A stretch of DNA of 34,777 nucleotides from an uncultured virus (IMG/VR IMGVR_UViG_3300042270_000679) (lineage: Duplodnaviria; Heunggongvirae; Uroviricota; Caudoviricetes), in IMG/VR virus record IMGVR_UViG_3300042270_000679. The stretch is one strand, 5' to 3'. Each line of letters opens with the position of its first letter. Position 1 is the first letter of the stretch. A program made the translations under genes and the position numbers. Positions 1 through 9,334 of this stretch are shown here, one piece after another. The notes beneath the pieces were generated by a model. That model had not been told where the DNA came from, made no database searches, and saw only the letters and a list, made by a program, of their open reading frames with translations.

Positions 1-145
1 CCAGAAGTCCGTCATCAGGACCGATATAGCGCTTCAGCCACGGGTTATTCGCTCCGGTGGAGTGTACCATAATACCTTTTGGAGGTATTGTTCTGCCGGC
101 CTTGAAGCAGGCATTGTTCGTAAGGATCAGTTTTTTTAGATTCAT
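1..145 (-). CDS. N-acetylmuramoyl-L-alanine amidase endolysin, 5' part (runs off the window)
   Basis: Hand translation MNLKKLILTNNACFKAGRTIPPKGIMVHSTGANNPWLKRYIGPDDGLL; amidase_2-type VHST Zn motif; directly after the holin. Confidence 0.85.
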   Translation of the reverse strand, partial: MNLKKLILTNNACFKAGRTIPPKGIMVHSTGANNPWLKRYIGPDDGLL

Positions 146-146
146 G

Positions 147-557
147 CTAGTTCTCCTTGTCACTTCGGTTGTGAAGCTGTTCTAAAATTTCCTTCAACTT
201 TTGCGGCACAGGAAGGCCTATGTGGGCAGCGTTTTCCAGAATGGAGATGCCTTCATTTGAGAGATAGAAGAAGATAACTGCCGTTCGAATCACAGAGCCT
301 TCTCCAATCACACTCTGATCAATGATATGACCGATGGCTACGAGGGAGAAGATAAGCACCTTCTTGAAAATGCCGCGAAAGCCAACTTCACTGGATAGTT
401 TCTTATCCAATACCGCGCACATCAGACCGGTAATATAGTCAATTACTACAAATGCAAGAAGCGAATATAAAAAGCCGTCAAGACCTCCGAGAAAGTAACC
501 AAGGCTGCCGCCGAATGCTACAATTGCAGCTTGCATCCAATTCCAAAATTCTTTCAT
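147..557 (-). CDS. Phage holin (holin_4 / toxin-secretion-lysis family), 136 aa
   Basis: Hydrophobic segments, IDYITG and NEGISILEN..LGLPVP-like motifs; ATG at 557 (MKEFWNW) follows AGGAGG. Confidence 0.9.
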   Translation of the reverse strand: MKEFWNWMQAAIVAFGGSLGYFLGGLDGFLYSLLAFVVIDYITGLMCAVLDKKLSSEVGFRGIFKKVLIFSLVAIGHIIDQSVIGEGSVIRTAVIFFYLSNEGISILENAAHIGLPVPQKLKEILEQLHNRSDKEN

Positions 558-570
558 TTTCTGTCCTCCT

Positions 571-600
571 AAAATAAGAAAACCCGCAGTTTCTACGGGT
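571..600 (-). terminator. Intrinsic terminator-like hairpin between tailspike and holin
   Basis: ACCCGTAG-AAA-CTGCGGGT stem followed by TTTCTTATTTT on the minus strand. Confidence 0.6.
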
Positions 601-720
601 AGTTTAATCAATCTGTGTTTTGGGGATTAGCTATGATCTAAGAAAGCTTCTGATATTAATTCACCTTTCTATCGTTACAGTCTTTTTGCTGAAATCCCAA
701 TAGACACTTACACCAAGTAC

Positions 721-2844
721 TTATGCAACAACCTCTGTTAATTGTATTGAAGGAATTCCATTAGCAATTGTCAATTTCCATGTATAAGCTGTTCCTGTAA
801 CACTATCGACCACGGGATGGCTATTATCATAAATCGTGCTTAATACGACACCGACATTATCAACTATGTTTAGCACCCCTGTGTCTTCTGTTTTACGAAT
901 CTCGAGTTTGTCGACGCTAATATCAGCTGTTGTCAAAACTGGTGCATTAAACCACATTCTGCCCCGACGGTGTAAACCAACTTTAAGGTTAATTCTTGTT
1001 GCTCCCTGTGAATTAAATTCCAACGTCTGCTTTTCCCATGTGCCAGCCGCAATCGGTATTATGTTACTTTTAACTGCTACATTGCCTATATATTCACCCT
1101 CACTATTAAAATAGTGAACGCCCATAAAAGCCCCTAAATCTGCGTCCTTGGATGCGTCTCTTCTTAACCATATTGTAAACTTGTAATCTGTATTAGGGTC
1201 AACTAACATGTGCGAGCTTTGCACTCCATATCCTGGCTGAATTTCCCACTCTCCCATGGAACAGTCAATCAAAGCACTATTATTTCCATTCAGAGACATC
1301 GTTGGGTCCAAAAACGTATGAACATTATGAGCCTCCCACATCCATGGTTCGCCATTGGGTACGGCTATCGTTCCAAATGTAGGGTTTTCTATAAAGTTTA
1401 TTTGCGAAGAACCTATGCTAACACCTTTAGTAATAATCCCTCCTTTTTGCATAAAGATGATATCATCACCACGAATTCCGAGCGTTTCTGTTGCTAATTC
1501 AATCCATGCAAAGCCGTCGCCACCATATGTATTAATATGCGTTACTGTATTTTCATTGATATTGTAACCGCCAATAAAGCGTGCCACGCCATCTACTAAA
1601 ATGTTTCCTGAGTTCGCTTCATTCCAGCAACTCATAAATAATGCGTCTACACAGGCAACTGTATGTATAGCATTCGTGCAGTATTCAAACACGCAGTTCT
1701 GCATGGTCGTTTCAAAAGCTTTAACCATAAGCATGCCTTTTGTGCAACCAATGATTTGGCAAGATTGGAAGATGTCACCCGAGGCAGACCAGTTATACCC
1801 ATCAATAGCTTTATACTCAATCCCTGCGGTTGAACAATTGGTAATACCACAATTTATAAAGTATCTATTCCAGCCTGCATAGATGAAAACACCACTCTTA
1901 AAGCCATTAATGATTATTCTCTCAAAAGTGTGCCGCGCTGAGCCAAGGTAGTACGTATCACCTTCATTACCAACAAAGTGGCAAATTATGCCATGCCAAT
2001 TACAAGCCCCAGCCGACGTTGCCGCAAAATTCGTTATAGTAAAATTGCTGAGTTTACAGTAGTCCGCTTTCAATACTATAACCGCGTGACTATTCCAATA
2101 ATTTTCTAAGTCATAGTCTATCTCTTCGCTGGGTTCGGGGCCGTCAAAGAAAATTATGCTGTCATCTCCAGACGCACCTTGGATCGTTATGGATTCGCGA
2201 ACAATCAGCCTGTCGGTCACACGGTAAGTTCTTCGCCCTAATTGCAAAGGCATGCCGTATAATGTAATATCTTTGAACACAGGGTCAGATACGGCTTCCG
2301 TGCTGAATCTAATCTCTACTTCACCATCGTCAATAACAAGTACACTCGGAACGCTATACTGTACGAATGTTCTTGTAATACGGCCAGCTCCATCATAGAG
2401 ACACACATGTGCCATACTAGAGTACGATATGTTTGTAAGAGAGTACCTGCCTTTCGGTGTGACAGCAATCTTGTCATACGTTCTCCAGTCACCACTTATG
2501 TCAGTCGTCCCATCGGGTTTGAGATAACCTTGTGTTGTCCCTACACCCTCTGCCAAGTTGATTGCGTTGTACCCGCAAGCAGCATCTATAGCTGCTTGCA
2601 AAGCTGCTGTATCATCTGCTATCCCATCGCCAACTGCGCCAAATGTTTCAGGCGTAGCCGCCGAACTCACAGCGACTTTGAGTTCGTCTATTGCCCCCTG
2701 TGCAGTCGTTGAATATAGTCCAGTGATAGTATTATCATATACTACCATGTTTGCCGAGGTTTTCAGATGCACCTCATTTGGATATGAAACTGCGCCACCA
2801 TCACCGTACACAGGAGGTCTAAATTCACCTTTTACTATTGCCAT
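721..2844 (-). CDS. Tailspike / receptor-binding protein with pectate-lyase-like beta-helix and C-terminal carbohydrate-binding-like domain
   Basis: FGAVGDGIADDTAALQAAID cap motif, Asn/Cys-ladder beta-helix repeats, NFIENPTF-initiated beta-sandwich; last tail gene before the holin. Confidence 0.8.
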   Translation of the reverse strand: MAIVKGEFRPPVYGDGGAVSYPNEVHLKTSANMVVYDNTITGLYSTTAQGAIDELKVAVSSAATPETFGAVGDGIADDTAALQAAIDAACGYNAINLAEGVGTTQGYLKPDGTTDISGDWRTYDKIAVTPKGRYSLTNISYSSMAHVCLYDGAGRITRTFVQYSVPSVLVIDDGEVEIRFSTEAVSDPVFKDITLYGMPLQLGRRTYRVTDRLIVRESITIQGASGDDSIIFFDGPEPSEEIDYDLENYWNSHAVIVLKADYCKLSNFTITNFAATSAGACNWHGIICHFVGNEGDTYYLGSARHTFERIIINGFKSGVFIYAGWNRYFINCGITNCSTAGIEYKAIDGYNWSASGDIFQSCQIIGCTKGMLMVKAFETTMQNCVFEYCTNAIHTVACVDALFMSCWNEANSGNILVDGVARFIGGYNINENTVTHINTYGGDGFAWIELATETLGIRGDDIIFMQKGGIITKGVSIGSSQINFIENPTFGTIAVPNGEPWMWEAHNVHTFLDPTMSLNGNNSALIDCSMGEWEIQPGYGVQSSHMLVDPNTDYKFTIWLRRDASKDADLGAFMGVHYFNSEGEYIGNVAVKSNIIPIAAGTWEKQTLEFNSQGATRINLKVGLHRRGRMWFNAPVLTTADISVDKLEIRKTEDTGVLNIVDNVGVVLSTIYDNSHPVVDSVTGTAYTWKLTIANGIPSIQLTEVVA

Positions 2845-2845
2845 C

Positions 2846-3157
2846 CTACACTACCTCCTTTATCCATATACCTTTTCCTGGTTGTGTCGTGCTTACCGTA
2901 ATGAATTCAGTGACAGCATTTGCAACTTTTTCTTTCTCTTCGTTCGTATACGTGTTACTCACAATCCATGTATAAGTGCTACCAGCGACATTCTGACACT
3001 CATACTCTATTCCAGAAAATGTATCAAGATACTTCATGCCTTTCGTCCCAATTGTAGTTGTCGTTGGGATACCTTCGCCGGATTCAAGCATTTTATTTAC
3101 GTTTGTGACCGCTTGATCTATTTCTTGACCAAGGTGTATTGATTGATAGTTTGCCAT
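2846..3157 (-). CDS. Small tail-fibre/adaptor protein, 103 aa
   Basis: Start MANYQSIHLGQEIDQAV at 3157 with AAGGAG RBS; GEGIPTTTTIG..YLD..G..YEC..W motif of the kind seen in fibre proteins. Confidence 0.65.
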   Translation of the reverse strand: MANYQSIHLGQEIDQAVTNVNKMLESGEGIPTTTTIGTKGMKYLDTFSGIEYECQNVAGSTYTWIVSNTYTNEEKEKVANAVTEFITVSTTQPGKGIWIKEVV

Positions 3158-3167
3158 CTCTTGCTCC

Positions 3168-5339
3168 TTAATAATAAATAATGATACAGCCTGATTTGCC
3201 GTTTCCACCCGCGCCACCAGCGCCACCAGCGCCACCAGCTCCTTGCCATTCATAAGATTCACCTTGATAGTAGTTTGCTGCTGCACCACCACCACCACCA
3301 CCGCCGCCGCCGTGTCCTCCATACCCACCAGAGCCGTAGACTGCAGCATTGGTCGAACTTCCTCCGGCCGCTCCAGCTCCGCCAGCTCCACCATCGGCAA
3401 AACCATAGTTGTTATTTACGGAAACGCTCGCACCCTGGCTGTACCCACCGTTGGCGGTGTAGGAACTACCTCCACCACCGCCCATGAATGCGAGTACATA
3501 AGTGTCAGTACCCCATCGTAACCATTCCCATCCATACTCATCAGTGGGGTCTTTGTATCCGCTATATCTGTATCTGGTAGTAAAGCCTGTTGCTGAGTAT
3601 ACTTTCTGTATCGGATAATTCATGTATTGTGCCGGCAAATTATTCTTGCCTACCCCCATTTGACCGGGAAAGCCTGGATATCCAGATATGGCATACACAC
3701 TACCAGCTAATATGTCAACATATCCACCAGCAACTGGTGCTCCCGTAGCAGATGAATAAGCACCAAATACAGTGTTGCCTCCACTTGCTCCAGTTCCTCC
3801 GCTTGATGCACCACCGGCTCCGCCTGCTCCTATTGTGACGCTAAATTCTTGTCCTTGTGTAACTGTGAGTGCCCCCGTGTCAAGGACATTTCCAGCAGCT
3901 CCAGCGGCACCTCCATTTCCACCATTTCCACCGTCTCCGTTCCATTGCAGCAACGTCGGGTCTTCACCAGACGGCTCAAAATTTGGTGGCCGGCCACCCC
4001 TTGTTCCATTTTCTCCGTTGTATCCACCTTGGCCGCCATTTCCACCTCCTATGACAATCACCCGGATTTCCGTAACACCTTCCGGCACCGCCCACGTTTG
4101 ATTGGTTGCTAATACTACTTTGTTTTGATAGCCAGTAATTGCACCAGATGGTAAGTAGCCAGATAGAAATTCCCCTGATGCTTTAAGAAAGCCACCCATT
4201 GCAATATCTAATTTCTTCGCAAAGGCCGTTTCTTGTTCTAATGTATGTGGATTCAATACACTTACTACATCGCCAGCTCGCTCATCCCCGAATAGCACAT
4301 CGCCGTTGATTGAGTTTCTTAGGCTATACACTTCGTACAGCTTTGTGGCGACGGCTTTGGAGTTAAGGGATGTGACAAGCGTTGCATCGGTTACACTTAT
4401 ACTGTTGTCGTCTTTGCCGCCGGTAATCGTTCCGACGGTAATTTGTTTTGTTCCATGCGTATACTTTTTCCCTGTTAGACGCACTGTTCCGGAACCCTGC
4501 ACCTTCGCATAGTTCGCGCCACTTTCCAAGATGGTGCCGCCGGTGATTGCGAGAGAATGAGCCGCTTCTGGAAAAAGTATAATTTCTTCTGTAAAAAATG
4601 AATCGTTGTACAGATCTATGATTTCTGTTCCTGCAGAGAAATAGTGCTCTGTTACAGTGACAGCAGTGCATGGCCGTTTGACATCAACATTGCCACCTAT
4701 GGCAAATCGGTGATTATCAAACATGCCTTTCGTTTGGGAATTTAACGCAGTTATCTGAAGTGTCCCGTCTGACTTGTTTCTAATAGCAAGATTTGTGGCG
4801 ATCGTCAGCTGCTGCAAGTTGTCCCGCTTAGTGGCATATGGTAGCCAACCGTAAATCTTAATGTCTCCCACAATGGAATCAACTATATAGGCTATACCAG
4901 ATAGAATCTCCGCCAAGATAGTTGATAGCAAAGTGCCAGAGTAAAATCCACCAAAGTGCATGGAGTTTTCCAAATAACCAATGGCAGATACACACTCAAA
5001 GTCGAATAGGTATCGACCAACACGCTTTACATTTTCTATATAAAATTTGCTAATAAGCATTTCACCAAAGTAATATGTTAATGTCTCTCCTGGCACAAAA
5101 TCAGAAAATGATTGATGGATCAAACATCGTAACGTCATACTGTCGCTTGTCGTTAAGTCCTGTCCATCGGCCAGTATAAAGTCCGAATCAAACTCAGCCC
5201 CCCCTGTGTCTGTCCAAACTCTAAAGTCCAATGTATCAACCGCAAGTGTATCGCCTGCGGTGGCATGCTGAAGGACGACATTGCCTGAGACCAAGTCGCT
5301 GTTATTCAATTCGAGATTTCGATATATAATTTTGTTCAT
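3168..5339 (-). CDS. Tail-tip (baseplate hub-like) protein with C-terminal glycine-rich domain
   Basis: Position after the distal tail gene; TWAVPEGVTEIRVIVIGGG followed by many GGxGG runs and terminal GKSGCIIIYY. Confidence 0.75.
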   Translation of the reverse strand: MNKIIYRNLELNNSDLVSGNVVLQHATAGDTLAVDTLDFRVWTDTGGAEFDSDFILADGQDLTTSDSMTLRCLIHQSFSDFVPGETLTYYFGEMLISKFYIENVKRVGRYLFDFECVSAIGYLENSMHFGGFYSGTLLSTILAEILSGIAYIVDSIVGDIKIYGWLPYATKRDNLQQLTIATNLAIRNKSDGTLQITALNSQTKGMFDNHRFAIGGNVDVKRPCTAVTVTEHYFSAGTEIIDLYNDSFFTEEIILFPEAAHSLAITGGTILESGANYAKVQGSGTVRLTGKKYTHGTKQITVGTITGGKDDNSISVTDATLVTSLNSKAVATKLYEVYSLRNSINGDVLFGDERAGDVVSVLNPHTLEQETAFAKKLDIAMGGFLKASGEFLSGYLPSGAITGYQNKVVLATNQTWAVPEGVTEIRVIVIGGGNGGQGGYNGENGTRGGRPPNFEPSGEDPTLLQWNGDGGNGGNGGAAGAAGNVLDTGALTVTQGQEFSVTIGAGGAGGASSGGTGASGGNTVFGAYSSATGAPVAGGYVDILAGSVYAISGYPGFPGQMGVGKNNLPAQYMNYPIQKVYSATGFTTRYRYSGYKDPTDEYGWEWLRWGTDTYVLAFMGGGGGSSYTANGGYSQGASVSVNNNYGFADGGAGGAGAAGGSSTNAAVYGSGGYGGHGGGGGGGGGAAANYYQGESYEWQGAGGAGGAGGAGGNGKSGCIIIYY
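3211..3312. repeat. Coding tandem repeats: (GCGCCACCA)x3 and a CCA/CCG triplet run encoding Gly/Ala tracts
   Basis: Seen directly at about 3211-3239 and 3284-3312. Confidence 0.7.
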
Positions 5340-5719
5340 TATCGCTCCTCGATCGTCAGTACGATTCCATTGTCGAGTGATTCATTCCAAAACTGCTTAT
5401 TGTAATCATTAAAAACCAGTGTGGCGGTAGACAAAGTGGCTTTTGCTTCCTTTGTTAAAAACCCATTTGTCTTTGTATCAAAAAACTCAACCACCTTACA
5501 ATTCTGACAGGCAATGATTAAGCCTGATAATTGCTCGGCAGTCATTGGAAGCAATTCAGTCGTAATTATCGCTTTATATGTCAATATATCCTCATGATAT
5601 TTGCCATCAAGCGTATAACAGCTATTGGCCCCAAGAACCGGTTCATAGACTACGCTATACCCGTGTTTCGGCAAGTAGGATGAGAAATCTATCCCGTCTA
5701 TTTTTAGAGCTATCTTCAT
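5339..5719 (-). CDS. Putative distal tail protein (short Dit-like)
   Basis: Directly follows the TMP with overlapping stop/start; LKIDG...TLDGKYHEDIL pattern. Confidence 0.6.
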   Translation of the reverse strand: MKIALKIDGIDFSSYLPKHGYSVVYEPVLGANSCYTLDGKYHEDILTYKAIITTELLPMTAEQLSGLIIACQNCKVVEFFDTKTNGFLTKEAKATLSTATLVFNDYNKQFWNESLDNGIVLTIEER

Positions 5720-7791
5720 ATTGTGCCTCCCGCTAATATCCTTCCTCTTATCCGGGTTTCATTTTGCAGTGGATCGTAGATCTGCTTTGCAATGACTTTA
5801 CTGTCAAGCGTTATGACGAGATTGATGGGTTGATTGCTTTGCCCGGGCAAAATGCCGTGTAGTTTGTTTGTGATGTTCCCATCCATCTTGGTGCTCGCCT
5901 GGTATTGTCCAGCAATAGTGAAATCAGTTGGAATGCTGCCTTTGATTTGCTTAGCGATCTTCTGCATTTCATCAGCAAATCCCTGACCCAATCCCTCCGC
6001 CATGTACTCTCCGATACCGGCAAACACCTTGGATGGTGAATGAATGCCAAGAACCGACTTAACATCATCAACTATACCGCCGAAGAAATCTTTGATCTGC
6101 CGTGCAAACCATGATGCCATCGATAGGATGCCCTCCCAGACTCCGCTCACAATATCTTTTCCAATGCTGCTGATTCGTGATTTCATATCGGAAAATGCAA
6201 AGATGAATGAACCTATAAGCTGCGGCACCGCCTTCACAAGCTCCGGTATTGAAGATATAATCCCGGCCGCAAGCGCAATGACAATCTGAAGCGCAGCACC
6301 TATAATAAGCGGCAGATTTTCAATTATGGTCTGGGTTATCTTTGTTACTACCTCAACGATTTTGGGGACAAGTTCAGGCAAGGCTGTTATGAGCCCCTCG
6401 GCAAGCGTTGTAATAAGCTCAAACGCCGCATCAATCAGCATTGGAAGATTCTCAATTAAAGCATTGACAATTGTCAGTATTGCGCTGGCCGCAACCGGTA
6501 TAAGTTCCGGCAACAGCTTCATTAATGTGTCAAGTATCTGCTGAAACAGAATAACCACAGTACTTAATAATTCTGGCAGTACTGCGCCGATTGCAGGAAG
6601 GACTGTAGCAAACACATTGGGCAATGCCTTTGTCAAATTCTCTATGATCGGCACCACATTCTCGATAACCGCATTAAATGCATCCACCAAATTCGCTGTC
6701 AGGTTCTGCATGTCAGCATCGACATTCCCAAGGCCGGCAGTGAATGAGCCAAGCGCTGCCTGCAGTAGTCCTATTGATCCGGTAATAGTCTCAGTGGATT
6801 CTCTTGCGAAGTTTCCTGCGTATTGTTCGGTGCTTTCAAAAAACATCCGCATCGCCATTTCGGCTTTTTCGGCTTGTGATGCCTTGCTCCATACAAAATC
6901 AAGTCCCTTGCCGGCAGCATAGGCTTCGATGTTCGTAGCGTTCATGGCAACACCAAGATTGTCCATCATGGTAAAGTTGCCTTTCGCAGCACCAGCAACA
7001 GAATCCAGTGCCATCTGCATATCGATGCCCATGACGGAGGCCATATCCGCAGCCCGTTGCATAGCTTTTTCTGTCAGTTCAAGACTTTTCTGCTGCTCGA
7101 TGCCGGAACCCTGGAAGAGCGCGCCCATCTTGTTAGCAGTCGCAAGATACTGACTTTGTGAAACGCCAAGGTTTTTATATGCTTCCTCACCAGTCTTCTG
7201 AATTGATGCGGCATATTTTCCGAATACTGCTTCCGAGCCGCCAAGGTTCTGCTCCAGTTCGCCGAACTGCTCGACGACCTCCTTGCCAAGCTTGAATGTG
7301 GCAGCACCGGCAGCAACAGCCACTGCACCCATTGCAATACCGATGCCCTTTAGGGTGCCCCCAAACTTTTCAAATTTTCCGCTTGACTTTTCTGCATCAT
7401 CTCCCACATCCTTCAGTTCATCTCCGAGATTGCCTGCACTGTCTGTTGATTGGTTTAGTTCTCGTTCCATGCTGTTGAGTTCAGCTTTAGCATTGTTAAG
7501 CTGGATTGCCCAGTTTTGGGTGCGTCGGTCGTTCTCGCCGAAGCTTTCGGAGGCATTCTTAAGGGCGCTTTCAAGAGTGGATATTTTCTCTTTCTGCGCA
7601 TAAATTGATTTATTCAGGACTTCATTTCGCGCTGTTACCGCCTGTACGCTTTTATCATTCTTATAAAATTCTGAGGAAACAAGTTTCATTTCGCTGCCCA
7701 GAACCTTGAAGCTTTGATTGATATCCCGTAGCGCGTTCTTGAACTCTTTTTCTCCTTCAATGCCAATCTTCAATCCAAAACTATCTGCCAT
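5716..7791 (-). CDS. Tail tape measure protein, about 691 aa
   Basis: MADSFGLKIGIEGEKEFK start after AAAGGAGGTG, coiled-coil N-terminus, amphipathic LPxL repeats, LGIHSPS motif; downstream of the tail chaperone. Confidence 0.9.
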   Translation of the reverse strand: MADSFGLKIGIEGEKEFKNALRDINQSFKVLGSEMKLVSSEFYKNDKSVQAVTARNEVLNKSIYAQKEKISTLESALKNASESFGENDRRTQNWAIQLNNAKAELNSMERELNQSTDSAGNLGDELKDVGDDAEKSSGKFEKFGGTLKGIGIAMGAVAVAAGAATFKLGKEVVEQFGELEQNLGGSEAVFGKYAASIQKTGEEAYKNLGVSQSQYLATANKMGALFQGSGIEQQKSLELTEKAMQRAADMASVMGIDMQMALDSVAGAAKGNFTMMDNLGVAMNATNIEAYAAGKGLDFVWSKASQAEKAEMAMRMFFESTEQYAGNFARESTETITGSIGLLQAALGSFTAGLGNVDADMQNLTANLVDAFNAVIENVVPIIENLTKALPNVFATVLPAIGAVLPELLSTVVILFQQILDTLMKLLPELIPVAASAILTIVNALIENLPMLIDAAFELITTLAEGLITALPELVPKIVEVVTKITQTIIENLPLIIGAALQIVIALAAGIISSIPELVKAVPQLIGSFIFAFSDMKSRISSIGKDIVSGVWEGILSMASWFARQIKDFFGGIVDDVKSVLGIHSPSKVFAGIGEYMAEGLGQGFADEMQKIAKQIKGSIPTDFTIAGQYQASTKMDGNITNKLHGILPGQSNQPINLVITLDSKVIAKQIYDPLQNETRIRGRILAGGTI

Positions 7792-7812
7792 GCATACCAC
7801 CTCCTTTCCTTA

Positions 7813-8016
7813 TCAAATCCCATGGGGAATGATGTCATCAATGTACAATTCGCGTTTCGGCTTGGTCAGGTTGTGAAACTGCCTATATATTTCCCACTGG
7901 TCGAGCAGGTGTCCTATAGGCATAAGCCAGACCTCCTGTTCAGATCTATGAAGAAGGGACACACCATAAAAAATCAGTCGGGCAAGCAATTCTTCATCGC
8001 TTACCCGACCTATGCG
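7813..8016 (-). CDS. gpT-like -1 frameshift extension of the tail assembly chaperone (67 codons; fusion about 191 aa)
   Basis: Open -1 frame RIGRVSDEELLARLIFYGVSLLHRSEQEVWLMPIGHLLDQWEIYRQF...PHGI* entered through A AAA AAC at 8022-8016. Confidence 0.85.
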   Translation of the reverse strand, partial: RIGRVSDEELLARLIFYGVSLLHRSEQEVWLMPIGHLLDQWEIYRQFHNLTKPKRELYIDDIIPHGI

Positions 8017-8387
8017 TTTTTTGATGGTTCTTCATCGCTTTCTACATGGCGCTCTGTTCCCTTCAGCATTGCTTTCATAATGCTATCCTTATAACCCGCA
8101 AGTTCCAGAGGGGAGGTGAGAAGCTCAACAATATCTTCAGTAAGGAGCTCCCGCTTCTCTCCGGTATTCTGCAGATTGTGTATCAGCACTGACTGATTGG
8201 CAAGCAGTGTTATGAGCCATACTATTTCATCAAGAGCCATCTCGAAGTTCTCAGACTTCATTAGTTTTTCGCCTAAATTTTCAAGTCCGCCATATCTCTT
8301 GGCTATTTCCTTTGTAGCCTTTGTGGTGAGAAGCATCTCATATTCCTTGCCACCAATTGATATTCCTGTGCTTCTTTCATTATCCAT
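8010..8387 (-). CDS. Tail assembly chaperone (gpG-like)
   Basis: Between major tail and TMP genes; ends in a slippery heptamer. Confidence 0.85.
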   Translation of the reverse strand: MDNERSTGISIGGKEYEMLLTTKATKEIAKRYGGLENLGEKLMKSENFEMALDEIVWLITLLANQSVLIHNLQNTGEKRELLTEDIVELLTSPLELAGYKDSIMKAMLKGTERHVESDEEPSKNA

Positions 8388-8401
8388 TCTCTAAACCTCC
8401 A

Positions 8402-8992
8402 TTATGGCGTAACCGCAAACACAGGCTCATACACCTGCGTGTACCAGCCTGTAATCACGGATGCGGGAACGCTTACATCATCTTCATTGGCCTCAGCTTT
8501 CCATGGATATTTTCCATTGCCGTCGAGCTTGTTGCGTCTCAGCACGGTTCCTTCAATGGTCGGAGTGGAGAAGGTGATGCTGTCGCCTTTTGTAGTCAGG
8601 TTGGTAGTGGGAATTCCAAACTTCACACGGTAAAGCCAGAAATACCGGTATTTGCCGTTTGCCTTCTTTGCCCGAAAGCCGATCGCTACAGGATCGCCGC
8701 CATCGTCGCTTGCCGAGATTAATACATTGTTGTCATCGATCTTTGCTCCAGTTAACACTCCGGCAGCGGTAATGCCAATATCATCTACACCGAGTTTTAA
8801 GGTGCCGCTTTTGAACTCCTTTATGATTTCTGCAGCCTTGTCATCCGCATAGAGGGTCGCTTCTGCAAGCTCTACGGAAAGCTCCGCACTAATCGCCTTA
8901 GCAAGCGATACGGGAGATGCGTATGTTTCATCGCCATTCTCGCCTTCTGTTATTTTTGAGTAGTATAGTTTATCAAGTCCAATCGTCGCCAT
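8402..8992 (-). CDS. Major tail protein (phi13 family)
   Basis: MATIGLDKLYY..LYADD..YRYFWLYRVKF motifs; synteny. Confidence 0.9.
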   Translation of the reverse strand: MATIGLDKLYYSKITEGENGDETYASPVSLAKAISAELSVELAEATLYADDKAAEIIKEFKSGTLKLGVDDIGITAAGVLTGAKIDDNNVLISASDDGGDPVAIGFRAKKANGKYRYFWLYRVKFGIPTTNLTTKGDSITFSTPTIEGTVLRRNKLDGNGKYPWKAEANEDDVSVPASVITGWYTQVYEPVFAVTP

Positions 8993-8995
8993 TTG

Positions 8996-9334
8996 TTATT
9001 CCTCCAATTCATAGTATTTTGCTATATCGATCGCGTAATGATGATAGCCGGTATCATCCTCATGGCTGATATACCGGCGGTCTGTTATCATAAAATCTGC
9101 TTCCAGAAGGAGGCGGACAATTTGGTTTTTGAGAGTCGTATAGCTTCCCTTGTCAAACAGGCATATCCGCGCCTCCTGGATTTCATGTCGTGGTTTATCG
9201 TCGGTATATAGCTCGAACGTATCAACCATCGGCGTGATCACAGCGTAACGATCTGGCGCAGGCTCTGAAAACACGCCAGTTTCCAGAGGAACGAGTGGTG
9301 AGATGAGGGTGTTGAGTTCACTAAGAAGGCTCAT
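8996..9334 (-). CDS. Tail terminator/completion protein
   Basis: Position before the major tail gene; EDDTGYHH C-terminal motif. Confidence 0.7.
   Translation of the reverse strand: MSLLSELNTLISPLVPLETGVFSEPAPDRYAVITPMVDTFELYTDDKPRHEIQEARICLFDKGSYTTLKNQIVRLLLEADFMITDRRYISHEDDTGYHHYAIDIAKYYELEE

Noticed and set aside
536..557. Holin dual-start motif (Met1 and Met8)
   Set aside because: No second SD, and the spacing does not match the lambda S Met-Lys-Met pattern
612..710. Imperfect inverted repeat (GTGTTTTGGGGATTAGC / GCTGAAATCCCAATAGACAC) as a MITE or ncRNA
   Set aside because: Needs several gaps and mismatches; no target duplication or second copy seen
3158..3406. N-terminal extension of the 2846..3406 ORF with poly-Val/Ala, and the opposite-strand poly-His/poly-Thr ORFs
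   Set aside because: Shadow frames of the glycine-codon repeats in the 3168..5339 gene; the real start is 3157 with its own RBS
721..5339. Diversity-generating retroelement or shufflon acting on tail genes
   Set aside because: No reverse transcriptase or invertase, and no template/variable repeat pair found by eye
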